Below, one piece after another: positions 1 to 13,849 of a DNA stretch of 64,000 nt (positions within the stretch are counted from its first letter, which is position 1; each line of letters begins with the position of its first letter). The position numbers and the translations under genes were made by a program. A model generated the notes under the pieces. That model made no database searches and was not told the DNA's origin. It saw only the letters and a program-made list of their open reading frames with translations. The DNA comes from Geosiphon pyriformis uo1 (Eukaryota; Fungi; Glomeromycota). Where the stretch lies: contig JAAOMT010000777.1 of NCBI GenBank assembly GCA_016748015.1, positions 128,347 to 192,346 of the forward strand, in the 5' to 3' direction.

Positions 1-395
1 CTTGTTTGAGTAACTATTTGGCTTTTTTGAAGCATTCTCTAAAGCTTTTGGCAGATCAGGTTTCTAGTATTTTAAAAAAGTTAAGCTTTGTGGAATTGGT
101 GCCCTTGTTACCTGCCTTTCATGTGTCTTTTCTAGTTGTTTCTGTGTCTTTGGCTTCAAATTTGAATTCAGATATAGCTTTGAATAATGTGTTAACATTA
201 TTTGCTTTTCTTTTTACTATTAATAAAAATATGATTTCTGTTTTTGAATTAAGTAATTCTAAGGTTCTGACCACCAAAATAGGTGGTTTAAAATCAAAAA
301 TAGTGGCTTTAAAAGTCTTGGTTGGCTTAATGTTGGAAAAGTTGAATTGTTTGTGCTTTGGTTTGGGTTTGTTGGTTTTTTCTTCAACTTAATAA
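1..395 (+). pseudogene. LINE ORF1 C-terminal remnant (coiled-coil-like)
   Basis: ORF 6..392 (LTTKIGGLKSKIVALK) lies directly upstream of the endonuclease frame, and its stop overlaps the decayed ORF2 start (ATA at 392-394). Confidence 0.6.
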
Positions 396-3300
396 GTGAT
401 TTGGCCTGGAAATTCGCTATATGCAATGTTCAAAGTATCAATGTTTCTGCAAAGCAAGAAGATGCTATTCATTGGCATAAAGATTCAGGTAATCTGGTTT
501 CTATTATTACTAAGACTAAATTGAAGTTTAATATTAGACTATGGATTATGAATAAGTTTAATGAAATTTGGATTTTTATTTCTGGTTTAGATGTGGGTTT
601 TTTTGGCACTGGGGTTGCTATTATCATAAACAATTCTTTGCCTTATTATGTATCTAAGATGAAGGAGATTCCTATTTGGCTGATTTTTGTGTGTCTCTTG
701 TTTAAAAACAAGTTTTTGGTTATAATCTTGGGCCTGTATGCTAGTGTTTCTGTTAGTATGCACTTTAGTCAAGCTTTTAATATCAACTCTATAATCTCTA
801 AAGCAATCAATTCAAGCTCTTTTTTAGTTCTTGGAAGTGACTTTAATAAAAATAGATCCAAAAGAAGTGCAAGTTTTAAGTTCTGCTTGGATTTAGATTT
901 GATTAATGCTTTTAATAGTTATCTATTAGCAAGAACTTCTATCTGGAACAATTTCAAAGAAGTTGAGAAGGTAATAAATTTTATTTTTGTGGATGAAAAT
1001 TTGCTATCTGTTATTATATTGCATAAAGTTGATGGTGTTTTGGAATTTTTTAATATGAATTATAAAGCAATTTCGGTTTCAATTGACTTGGATAGACTTT
1101 TAAACACTTGTTTTATTAATATCTACAAGCAAACCAACCATGACTAGTAAAAGTTCAACTTGAAAAATGCTAATAAAGCCCAGTGGTTACATTTTAAGAA
1201 GTGTTTTTCTACTAAGATATTAATTAAATATAACATGTTTAAGAATGCATATAACAAAAATAACTTGAATACAATATAAAGGGCACTAAAGAAGACTATA
1301 ATATATGTTGCTGAAAAAGTGTTTTCTAAATATTAGTATAATAAATATGATTGTTCAAAAAACAAACAGTCTTCTAAGTTTTTAAATTGAAGCTGCTTAT
1401 TGTTAAAATTGTAAAGAGTTGAAATTCTAAAAATTTTTTAAATTTTAATTGTCTTGTTAAGGTTTGGTTGACTATTAATAGAATTAAGACTTTCAAGATT
1501 GCTAGCATGGTTTTAGATAATGCAAATTTAGTAGATTTGGTTAAGCATTTGTTAATGATGAAGAAAAAGTATTAAAGTATTATAAGTCAAAAACTGCTGA
1601 AAATACTACAATTAAGAAAGTTATTGATTATCATATGAAGAACTTCTGTTTTAACAAAGAGCTGATAATAAAAAGCATTCTAGAATGTCTATTTTATAAG
1701 ATTGTGTTAAATCACTTGGTAGTAGATGATGAATTGGTAGTTGAGCCTAATAAAGTAAAGCTCAAAGTTAATGAGATTATAAAAGAGTGGATAAAAAAGT
1801 AGTTGGTACTTCTGAAGATGCCTAATCTCTGGTCTCAACAATATATGTCTTAAGATTATGTAGATGATAATGTTTTTTCTAATGTAATAGAGGAAATTAA
1901 CATAGAAGAATTGTTTTTGGTAGTTGATAATTTGCCAAATGATAAAGCTGCTAAGTTGTTAGGAATACTTAATGAACTTTAAAAACATTATGGCAAAGAA
2001 GTATTGGCCTGCCTTTTGAAGCTGTTGAATTTGTGTTTAACTTTGGGTGTGGTTCTGACTCCTTAAAAAAGAGCATGGGTGTCAATAATCCTGAAACCTT
2101 ATGAATAAAATGGGGTTTTGACAAATACTAAACCTATTGCATTAGTTAAAACAGCTTGGAAGATCTTATCTAAGATTTTTTCTGATCGGATATCTTCAGC
2201 TTGCAGCAAATTTGGCATTTTTCATGGTAATAATTTTTCAGTATTAAAGAATATTTCAATTCAGTCATCTATCTTTACCATTGGGTCAGTTATTAAAAAT
2301 GTTCTAAAGAAGAAAAAAGAGCTTTAATTGATACTATAAAACATGTACAAAGCTTATGACTTAGTAGACTGACATCATTTAAAGACTAGCTTGCTTTGCA
2401 TCAAAATGTGTTATTGATTCATCAAGTTTTTTGGCAGTATTTATGAAAATTGGATCAATAGAGTAATGACAAATTTTGGTCTTTCAAATAATTATAGGAT
2501 ACATAATAATCTGAATTAGGATAAGGTTTTTTTTCTGCTCCTTTGAAGAATCTTTTATGATTCACTTTTGTGTGAAGTAAAGAGACATGAACACTTGTGC
2601 AGATACAGAATCAATACTAGGTTTGTGGCAAAGTCTGGTAAAATTGAAGCAATTGAAAGAAAGACTTTTTTTTTGGCTGTTAGTATCTTTATTAATAATA
2701 CAATTTGGGTTGGAAATTGTTAAATTTTTACACAATATATTTTAAATATTGTTAGTGAGTTTTTTGAAGTCAATGACATTTTGATTAATAATAACAAAAA
2801 AGTGACTATTTTAATTAATTAAAGTGTAATGTCTATTTCTCTGCTGATTAATAATTTGCTAATTTCAATTGCTAAAAAAGATAAAGCACACAGATATTTG
2901 GGCATTTTTTTATCCACTAAAAGTTTTTTTAAGCCTAGTTTAGCTTAAACTTATGTAGATATTAAGTTTTTCTCTAATGTAATATTAAAGAAGATTATTA
3001 CAGATAAACAATTTTTTTACTTGGTTTCAGCTGTTTTATAACCAATTGTTAACTATAGAATACAGTTTAGTTTTGTTTCTTTAGATGTGTGTTACAAGTG
3101 GGATGTGATAGTTAGAAGGGGTCTTAAAACTAAGGTTGGTTTACTACATAACTTTCCTAGTAAGGTTTTGTACCATCCATTTTTGTATAACTTGAAATCT
3201 TTTGAGCAAGTGCAATCTGAAGAGAAACTGGCTGTGCTAATTTCTTTTTTCAATGTCTGTGGTATTCTTGGTTGTTTATTTGAGTATAAGTTTTTGAATT

Positions 3301-5060
3301 TGCAGATTCTGGAGTAGTTTTTTCTGAATTTTTTGCAATTTTCTCTTAAGTTACATATTAGTCTAGTAAACAATTTTCTGGCTAAAGTGGTAAAAATCTT
3401 TTTAGAAAATGAGTTGTCTTTGGCAAACAATTTATCTAATGCTTTTTGTGAGTCTAGTAGATTTCCAATGTCTTATATTTTAGAACAGCCTTTGTACTAT
3501 AATTTAGTTCTGTCTTTGAAATGATTTGGTGCTGCTTTTGGTAACAGATTCTTGGACAAAAAAGAGAAAATAATGGACTGGAAAACATTTTGACAGTAAA
3601 AAAAATTGGATTTAAGAAGTCTTGTGTCTTACTAGTTTGTACTAACATCTGAGTTTTTGGGCAAAAATGTTTTTTTGAAGGTTGAATCTATTGCAATTCC
3701 TGAAGTATCTGTAAAATCTGAAATGTTTTCTGATGTACATGATAGTTTGTTGAAAGTTTGGTCTGATTGTATTGAGATCTATACAAATAGGTCATTAAAA
3801 GGTGCTGGTTTGGCTGAAGTAGTAGATGAACAGTTGTTTACTTTTCAGCAGTAGATAGGAGTATTGGAATAAAGATGAATAGGCTTCTGTCTTTCACTTT
3901 GGCCAAGTTATAGGCTGTTATTTTGGCTTTAAAATGTGTTTCATCTTCATGTTCTGTGGTTTTTTATTCAAATAGCCAATCTGCTATTAATGTTTGTGTG
4001 TCTAAAACTTTGTTGACTGTGCCTAATTTCCATAATTATTGTTAAATTAAGTGATTACATATAGTCAATTTTCTTAAAAATAAAAACATTTTTGTAAAAT
4101 AGGTGAAAGTTAAAGAACATTTGAGGGTGCCAGGCAATATTAAAGCAGACATGCTGGCTAGTGAAGCCACTTCCTCTTTTCTTTCTTTGCCAGTCAGTAT
4201 TCAAGAACAGTTTTTAGTTGCTGAGAATACTGCTGTGTTTGGTAACACTTGTTATTTTGTGCACAACATATATCAGTCAATTTGCCAAGCTTGTTGAAAG
4301 ATTGATCCTGATTGTGGTGTGATTCTAAGTGTTATAATTAGAGATATAGATTAAAATACTACTATAACAGTTTGACAATCAAATTTACACATGCTTTCTG
4401 AATTTACCAGCCAGAAGTCAGCTAATATGCAAACATATTTGATGAAACCTGTATACAAATGACTGCCAATAGTGGTTAAAAAAAATTGTATAGCAAGAAT
4501 TATCCTGGAGTTTTGTGTTTACTATATGGTGAGATAAAGTTGTTTGATTTTGTCTTTATATGTTCTAATGACTTTGGCCTCTATAAGGACATTTTAGTTA
4601 AAGCTGCTAAAAGATAGATGTTATTAACAGGCTTTTTTTGCTTATCTATATTTGTTGTTTTGCATTCACTCTTATTATGCTTCTTGGACATGGACCTATA
4701 CATTACAAATTATAAAAATTTTGTTTTAAAAGATTGGTTTACTAAGACTGTCTTGAGCTTTGAAGAAAAAGGGAAAGCTGTTCTGGCTTTTATTGATTAT
4801 GTTAAGTTTGTAATAAAGCTGTATTGTACTAGGATATAGCTTATTAAGTCTAAATATAGGGTAAATATGGAGAAGACTGACTTGATTAAAGATAACAGTT
4901 TGATTTTAGGCCTGTTCTGCTGCTTAGTGTCCATATTATCTGGTGTAGTGATTCATATACTTGGTATTATAGAATCTTTTGTAGTTAGTTTTAATAGATG
5001 CAGAATGTATTGTTTTTTTTTTGATTTAGGTAGTAATATGTTGTTTATATAGACATATAG
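392..5060 (+). pseudogene. LINE ORF2 (APE-RT-RNase H-CCHC), many stops and frameshifts
   Basis: ORF fragments 347..1147, 2118..2327, 3087..3317, 3657..3854, 4103..4297 and 4618..5052 fall in the expected domain order. Confidence 0.88.
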
Positions 5061-5192
5061 TGTAGTCTTGTTTGGCCTAAATAATTGGCTTATTATAATA
5101 AATACATAAGCTGTATTTAGTTTAATTTATTTAATTTGGTTTTATGTACTAGATAATAGTTGGGCTTTACTCATTAAATTCATAATAAAAAA

Positions 5193-7032
5193 TAATAATA
5201 ATTTATTTTAATATTTAAAATATGAATAAATATTTGGAACTTTAATAAGTAATTGTTTTTTAATACATTTCTAAAAAAAGTTTTTTTAAATTTTAAATTT
5301 TTTAATTAAATAAAACTTATCATATTTTTAATAGTCTATTTTTTAAGTCATATATTTTATTGTAAATATATATAAAAAAATATAAAAATTATTAGATACT
5401 TTTATAATTTATTATATAAAAAATTAACTTATAAATTATTAATTTTTATTATTATATTAAAATATATATTAATATTTTGTTTAACTTACAAATATTGCAT
5501 TTTATTTTATTTTTAATTACTGTTTTAATTGTATAATATTTGAGAGTTGTAAATTATGTTAACAAAATTTAACTTTAATATATGACCAAAAATTTTTTAA
5601 TGAAGTAATATTAAAACTTTGTGCTGGCCAAAAAAGTAAAAAAAAAATACATAACTTTTATTGTGTAGATTAGGGTATTGTTTTTCTGAAAAAAACTTTT
5701 TTTTAGTTTTTTTTGAGTTAATCAATTTCAAATAGTTTATATAAAATAGATTTATTAGTATCTTTAATAAAATTCAATTGTATTTAAGAAAATATTTGGC
5801 TGTGAGTTTTTTATTCTTTATTATTAAATATTTGAATTGTTTATATATGTATTTATTAAGAATTTATGATTGATTGATTTATTTTTTAGGAAGTTATTTT
5901 AGTTTATAACTTTATATATGTATTACAAAAAAACATAAATATTTAATAATTGTAAAAATCTTATTGTTTATATGTTCTAACTTTTTTAATATTCAAGAAG
6001 TTTTTTTTCAAGATATATTTAATATAATAAATTTTTTATCAACAAAAATATTTAATATTTTATATATACATATATAATTTACTATTGTGTTTTATAAAAT
6101 TGCAATTTATGTTAATTTGTAAATTATAACCATAAATAATTATAAAAAAATCATGATTTAAATTGATAATAATATTACAATATATAGTTTTTTATATATA
6201 TTATATTAAGTTTCTAATATTTTTTATACTTTTCTATATATATTGTTAAATAATTATTACAATTCCAATATAAATATAAATAAAAATTAACAATATTATT
6301 AAAACAATTACAATTTTATAATAACTTAATTCAGATTTCAAACTTAAAATAGTTCTAATTCAATTAAGCCAAAAAATAATATAAAATATATCCATTTCTA
6401 TAAGTTATATAATAATGTAAAACTATATTATTTGCAAATATACTGAATTAGCAATTTCTAATTTTTAGAGCTTTAAATATGAAAATATTTATTGTAATTT
6501 TATTTAAATCTATTTTAGTTTATAAATTCGATTAAAAAATCATATATCTTTATATATCTTAATAAATTTCAGTAATTAAATATATGCTGTTATTTTAAAA
6601 AATAAAAATATTTCAAATTTTTACTATTAAAACTTTACAAAAATTTCTAATTTTCATTAATAATATCTTTAGTAAAAATAATTAATATTATGCTAACAAA
6701 TTTTTTTCTTAATTATTTTTGTATATTTTCTATAATACTTAAAAAAACTAATTTAATAAGTTTTATAACTGATTTATTAACACAAATATTATTATTATAT
6801 AATAGAATATTTTTTACTTTAAAATAAAATTTGTTTATTAGTCTTTATATGTCAAAAAATTTTTTTTTAAAAAAAAAATAAAAAAATTCATATTTAATAA
6901 ATGACAAATAATTAATAGTTCTATAAATAATACAACTAATATTATATTAAAAGTTTTATTTGTAATAAAGTTGTATTTGGCTAAAAATTAAAATTTTTTA
7001 ATAAATTGCAAAAAATAATATTTGATTTAAAG
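5193..7032. other. Extremely AT-rich, CpG-depleted spacer with no recognisable coding content
   Basis: No ORFs in the track; runs of A/T throughout. Confidence 0.6.
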
Positions 7033-8225
7033 TTTTTTTTTTAATATTTAATAAGTAAGACCCAAATGTCACCTAACACAATACATCAAACTAGGTAATT
7101 TAAACTAAATACAAATCATACACTTTCTATACATGACTAGCCACTCAAACTAATCAGAGCAATACTATACATCTATCATAACAGATATTATTAACACCAA
7201 AAAAAAACAGTAAGACCTATAAAAACCAAAGCTAACACTAAGTATCTTAGCAATACTAAGCAACTTAACAACTCCAACAGAAAGCAAAAATAACAGAATA
7301 TGCATCTTAGACAACACCAAACCATTTTCTATAATCAGGTTTTTTTTCTTTATAATTGTTCTATATTTGACACAAACTATCTATATATTAGTATAATAAG
7401 CTGCTCTTAAGCTTTAAACAAAATTTACAACAATTTCATTGGCAATTTTAACATCATCAAAAATAGACAAGGCCTCTGAAAACCAATTTTTGAACAAAAA
7501 ATCCTTACACAAAATGATATAAACAATATTATTAGAAGTATACAAAAAAAGCATCTACAAAACTTAAGACAAAGCCAATTTCAAATCCAACAAAACACTC
7601 TATTAAGACAAATAAGACCTAATTAAGTTTTTACAAACTCTAGCATTAAATGTATACACAAATGAATAGTCAAAACTTTTTACATCCCTATAATGAAAAG
7701 ACAACATATTGAAGTACTTCTTATTATACAGATGTTTTTGAATAGCAACCAGTAGATAATAGTACAAAGTCTTTATAAAATATGAATACAAACCAGCTGT
7801 AGATTTGTTTGTAAAACCAGCTGCCATGTGTGAGTTAAAGTGTTAAACTGATGCAGTACAAAACCAATTCATCTTACCAACCATGTTTTTGTTAAAAACA
7901 TTAAAGCCAGAATCAACCTTCCAATGAGAACAATAAACAGCTCTAAAAATTCCTCAAGCAAAATAACAAATGTTTCTAGACATTACTATTCTACTAATCT
8001 TAATGAATCTATTCTTAACCAAAACAGGAAGCACAAAATTCAAACCAGCAGCCAAGCCAGCCAGCTCATTAGTATGCTTATTATGCAAAACATCTGAATG
8101 TTTTTTTATCTTGTACCAAGAAACATTGAGCCTTTTATTTTTAATAAATATTATCACACTATGCTATTCTATTCAGCAGTGATTACAAAAGTCCAGCAAA
8201 GTCAAAACCAACTCAGCAATACAAA
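7033..8225 (-). mobile_element. 5'-truncated LINE copy (RNase H C-terminal part, CCHC region, 3' UTR, poly(A))
   Basis: The minus strand reads WYKIKKHSDVLHNKHTNELA (RNase H) and MAAGFTNKSTAGLYSYFIK. The T-run at 7033-7042 is the poly(A) tail. The 3' UTR aligns with 5050-5190. Confidence 0.85.
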
Positions 8226-11200
8226 TTTAAAGTTAACATAAATAATTTTTTTTATTTTAAAAAAATCAAAACTGTTTATAAGTCAATTTTCTAAATTATA
8301 ATAGATATTACTTAAAAGATATGTTAAATTTTATAAAATATTAAAATGCTTATTTTAAAACCAATTAAAATTATAAAAAATAATTGAGATTATTTTGTGA
8401 TTTAATTTAATTGAAAAGAAATATTAATTTAATTTTTCTAATTAATTGTAATAAAAAAAATAAAATATTTATTATTTTTATAAAAATTTTGAATTTTTTG
8501 GGCTTTATAAGAAACTATTTAGTCTTTAGCATATTTATATAACCAAAAATAAAATTCAAATTATATAAATATTAAAACAATATATTTTTTATGGCAAAAT
8601 TTTTAAATAAATTTATTATATTATTCAGATAATATATAAGTTAGGCTCTTAATTTATTATTTGATTTAATTGGTAATTTGTTTGAGAATGATAATTAATT
8701 TATTAATACTGTATAATAAAAATTAATAATATTTAAAACCAAAACAATCTTATTATATTTAAAGATAACTTAATTATATAACTAGTTATATATACATAAA
8801 AATCACATTATTTAATAACCTAAAATCTTAAGTGACTATTTTTACAAAATTCAGAATGTAGTTATTTTTTTAACAAAAGCTTTATTTAATATAAAATAGT
8901 ATTTATAGTTTTAAATATAAGAATTAAGTTTACAATTTTGAAAGTAAATTTATTGGTTTTTATCATAAAGTTAACTTTTTCAAGTCTAAAACATGCAAAA
9001 AACTTAATTTATCACTTTAACTTACTTTTATATTGCTTATTTTTGACTTCAACTGCCATCAAAAAGCTTTACTTAAATTAAACTACAATTCTATTTTTAT
9101 TGCCTGTGCTAAAAACAATTTATTATATTGTAATATTTATTTTTAAATTGTTAAAATTTTTGGTACTTTATTTGGTTTTAGTTTACTATTATTTGCAAAT
9201 TTTTTCAACCTATTATTTATTTTTTAGCTGTTATTTAATCTTTAGGATATATATTTCCAAATAAAAATATTTGTTCAAGTATTTGTTTGACTATATCTAA
9301 TATTTGTTTGTCTTTACTTTAATTATCAAATACTATGTTTTTATATAATTTCAATTTTTTATTTTAAGAGTAATTAATATTAATAACAAATTTTATAATT
9401 ATAAGTGCATTTTGTTTTAAATTTTATATTTGTTTAATATTTGTATATTAATTAAAAATTATATACATACTTATGTATTTTTATATCTTTAATAATAAGT
9501 TTTAATGTATTATCTATAATATATACATATGTGCAATCTTTAAATTAAAGTAATTAGTTTATATTAATAAAGCATAATATTATTACTTATTATTTCAATA
9601 TTTTCTATTTCTGTTGTTCATTAATTTTCATATTCTAAACATAAAAATTATTAATAAAATTTTTATTTATGTGGATTATTTACATAAAACTTTTTTACTT
9701 TAAGATTTTGATAAGACCATTGTTTATTTTATTTGGAGTTTAATATGAGTAGAGATATTTGGTTTCAGATAGTAAAGCTCTTTATTACTTAGATTAGAAA
9801 TTATAATAAAAAAAAATTTAACTAGAATTTCAAAATATTGCATTAATTATACAATAATATATTTTGTCAATAAACCTATAATTAACTATTGTTATAAATT
9901 GTACTTAAATATTCCAAAAATAGTTTCTATATAATTTTTTTAACTCTTATTAGATTTAATGTTTGCTAAATATGTACTAGTTAGATTTTGAGTAACAGTC
10001 ACAATATCTGATTTTTCTGTTACATTATATCTAATACAAATATATTATTTTATGACATAAGCTATCTAAATTTACAAATAAAATAAATATTATATATATT
10101 GCAATTTCTAAAAATTATATTTATTACTGTATAATATAAATCAATTATAGTTTTTGCTTTTTCAGGCTTTAAAAATAACTATTTATGGATTTTAACATTA
10201 TATTAATCAAATCAATAAGCCATAATTGCCATCAGTTTATTATTATAAAAATACAATTTATTGTCTAAAATTACTTTTATCTATTTTGGTTTTTTTTCAA
10301 TATTATTAAATACAATCTTAAAACAAAATATTATAAACTAAGTATTTTGTTTTATATTAGTAGACTAGTAATTATAAATACTAATATTTAAGTCTATATT
10401 GTTTTTTTTTAGAATTATTATTAGAATTATATGTAGTATTCAATCTTATTTACTAAAAAACTTTTGCTTTGTTTTTTGAGTTGTTTTTATAAATATTTAC
10501 ATCTTATAGTTTATAATTATAATAGTATTATCTAAGTCGAGATTAGTCAAAGAGACTTTATATTATTTTTTTAGGTAATATTTTTAAGCATAATGAATAA
10601 GAAAATGTTTTAGTTTTTTTTGTATTTTTAATAATTGTGAATAATGTATATTATTAATACATTTTCTTTTAAAATCAAAAAATTTAAAAAATTTAAAACA
10701 ATTTTAACATTGTAAACAATACAATTGTTGGTATTTTTTAAAACCAAATAGTAAACAATAGTCAATACAATTATTATGTAGTGCTTTTTTATCTAATTTA
10801 ATACACAAATAGTGTTAAAATTTTTTTTGAAATAGCAATACAAATTTTCAATTTGTAATATTACAGAATTCTATTAGATAATAATATATTATGTTTATAA
10901 TTTATTTATTTAATTTATTTTTATTTATTATTAAAATTAACATATCAAAACCTCTTTCATCATAAATATGTGTTGTAAAAGAACTAATAGATTTTTAAAT
11001 ATCTCAAAGCCATATTTATTGCAAATAATATATAATTTTTTCAAATCCTGACAATATTAAATATAAATACAATTTGTCAATTATGTCATAAAAGCAGTTT
11101 GTTATATTCTAATTAGATATTTTTCCTTGATTTTTGTTTATAGTGTTTTTTTTGATCTTGTATATAAGAAATCGAAACTTTAATTTTGTATTAACTTGAT

Positions 11201-11983
11201 ATAAGCTTTGTAAAACATTATTTTTATTTTGAAAAAAATTAAAAATTGTGTTTTTTTGATTTTAATTATTCTATAAACAATTTTTTTTGAATCTTTAATT
11301 AATGATACATTGAGTTTATGTAATTGATTGTGTTTTCATACAAGATTAATTGTATTTAAACCAATTTAATTATAATAATATACAATAAGTTTTTTTTTAT
11401 GTTTTCTTTATTTTTAATTCTTTAAATTAATCTGAAATTTCTTATAAAATTTTTTATAAGTAAATTAATTTATAAAATTTGAATTTTGCTATTCAAATTA
11501 TACTTATTAGATTTAAGAGTATTTTGAAAGCTGTTTTAAAAGATATTTTTTCATTCTTGATTATTAATAATAACTAAATTTTTGTGTGAATTAAGATATA
11601 AATATTTAATTTTATATAATATTTTCATATTAGCTTTATTTATACAATAATTTTCTAATTAATTCTAAAACTTTTTTTATTATTATTTTTAGAATATAGT
11701 GTTTTATTAATGTATTTTTCAAGCACAAAATTTGGTTTGCTTATTTTATAGATAAGTAAATATATTATAATAAATATATGATAAAATTTTATTATTAAAT
11801 TGTCTTAATTTATTCAAGTAATAAACATATTTTGCTAATTAACTAATAGATTTGTTGTTTAAATATGTATTCTATTTTATAAGAATTGGTTTATTTATTT
11901 AAAGTACAAATAAGATCTAAAAGTATCTGGTTGTTTAATATTATATATTGAATCAATGAATATTCATAACCAAATAGGTATGT
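8226..11983. other. Extremely AT-rich region, probably terminally eroded repeat DNA; origin not identifiable
   Basis: No ORFs of 60 aa or more; almost no CpG. Confidence 0.45.
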
Positions 11984-12794
11984 TGTTACAGTTGATTATT
12001 TGAGGTCTCAATTCAAATAACAAATCCATAACTTGGTGCTCAATATCTTGATAATACTGGTAATCTTAGTATGTTGGTTATATCTGAAGGTTTTGTTGTA
12101 GAATTCTTTGTATAATAGACAGAGATTTAATAGTTGTTTTCAGTAGCCTCCCAGAATTACAATTTTATCGAATTTCTTTTCAACATGGTGGCCAGTAATC
12201 CTCTTGGTAAGTTATCCTCAAATCTATGAGTGTTCTACTCTTGTTTCACAGGTTTTTTACCAGTCTCTATAATGTTTGTATCTCAGCACTTAATCCTTAA
12301 TCAATTTTAGTAAAACCAAAGAAATAACAAAAAGAAATAAAAGAAAATAAAAGAAAATAAAGAAATAAACAAAAACAAGTGCATATTAATATCTTGTCAA
12401 TAACCATGATCAAGAGTTATTGTTCCAGTATAGTTAAGTATTAATTACTATCAACATGAAGTGCTGATAGTGGAGAATGGATTGAGATAGTGAATAATTA
12501 TTTATTGATATTTGTGTATAGAAGATTGCTTAGATTAAATCTAAACTAAGAGGTCTGTCTTTTTTATTTTTAATACTACTGTTATATATACATAATTCTT
12601 TTTACATGAGAAATCTTTTTTCTTTATTAAATTTCTTGCAAAATTTTTGATTTCCTGAAACATCTAAGATTTTCTGAAAAATTCTGGATTTTCTAAAACA
12701 TCTAGAATTTCCTGAAAAATCCTCTTTTTTTTCTCATCATGTGTTTTTCTCTTTTTTAATTATGTATTATTTTTCTCTTTTTCTAAATGCAACA
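11984..12794 (-). repeat. 3' LTR of F
   Basis: Termini are TGTTACA (11984) and TGCAACA (12794). It is followed on + by TTATTTCCTCTTTTTT, the PPT on the minus strand. It is similar to the LTRs of A. Confidence 0.88.
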
Positions 12795-12808
12795 TTATTT
12801 CCTCTTTT

Positions 12809-13775
12809 TTAATATTAAGTTTTATCAAAATCTTCTAAAATTCTTTCTTGTAATAATTTTATAACTTTTTTTTCTAAGATTATCTTATCTATTTTTCTGT
12901 GAAGTTTTTTAAACTGGCTGTTGGTTATTCTTTCTTATTGATTAATAGATAAGCTACCAATTTTTGGTTGTAAAAGTATTTCTAAATAGTCTTGAAAGGT
13001 AGTGTATATTTGGTAAATAGTTTTGATATATATACTTAAATTAAATTTTTTTCTAATAAAGTTTTTTATGTCTTGTATAATCTTTCAATCAAAAACTCTT
13101 TTGGTTTAATTTATATATAAATTTTGGATCATTAATTTTTGTTTTAGATGCCAATAGCAATATAAGACTGGAAATTGTTCTATCCATTGATTCTAATTTT
13201 CTGTTATTATCTCTCCTGATTGGACAATAACAGTTGGTTTTTTAAGAGTGCTTTTTACTTTCTTAACAATTTTATTAATATTATTGCTAATTTTTTTATG
13301 TTTGCTGATATGATGTAGTTTTTTTCCTTTCTCTTTTAGTGTTTTTATAGCAGATGATTTGATGATTAATTATTATTTTTATGTTTATTTGTTGTTGGTT
13401 TATGGCCTAAAAGACTTTTTTGGTTTAATCCATATATAAATTTTGGATCATTAATTTTTGTCCCAGATGCCAATAGCAATATAAGACTGAAAATTGTTCT
13501 ATCCATTGATTCCAATTTTCTGTTGTTATCTCTTCTGATTAGATAATAACAGTTGGTTTTTCAAAAATGCTTTTTACTTTCTTAACAATTTTGTCAATAT
13601 TATTGCTAATTTATTTATGTGTTTGCTAATATGATGTAGTCTTTTTCCTTTCTTTTTTAATGTTTTTATAGCAGATGGTTTGATGATTGATCATCATTTC
13701 TATGTTTGTTTGTTGTTGGTTTATGGTCTGAAATAATTGTTGTGCTAGTTGGTAAATGTGGTCTGAAATTTCTAT
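12809..13775 (-). pseudogene. ORF3 of F (unknown function), containing a ~320-bp tandem duplication
   Basis: The minus strand begins (M)EISDHIYQLAQQLFQ, homologous to A MEITDNIHSLAQQFFQ, and ends at the PPT. Confidence 0.7.
13091..13730. repeat. Direct tandem duplication, 2 x ~320 bp
   Basis: 13091-13410 and 13411-13730 share e.g. TGGTTTAAT..ATATATAAATTTTGGATCATTAATTTTTG and AGATGCCAATAGCAATATAAGACTG. Confidence 0.9.
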
Positions 13776-13849
13776 TTTACTGTTGTTATTGTTGTATGCT
13801 TTGGTTTTTTATATATTGTTTTGGTAAATCAGATCAACATGTTTTGTTT

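Larger units (their letters stand above)
1..5192 (+). mobile_element. Degenerate non-LTR retrotransposon (LINE) with APE endonuclease, RT, RNase H and C-terminal Cys/His motif; 5' end lies outside the window
   Basis: WKFAICNVQSIN and VLGSDFN (APE, from GDFN). KPIALV..KILSKI and FINNTIWVG (from FVDD) for RT. IYTNRSL (from YTDGS), YSNSQSA and WVKVKEH..GN..AD for RNase H. The 3' UTR ends in ATTAAA plus an A-rich tail (~5173-5192) and is homologous to the 3' end of the copy at 7033-8225. Confidence 0.9.
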
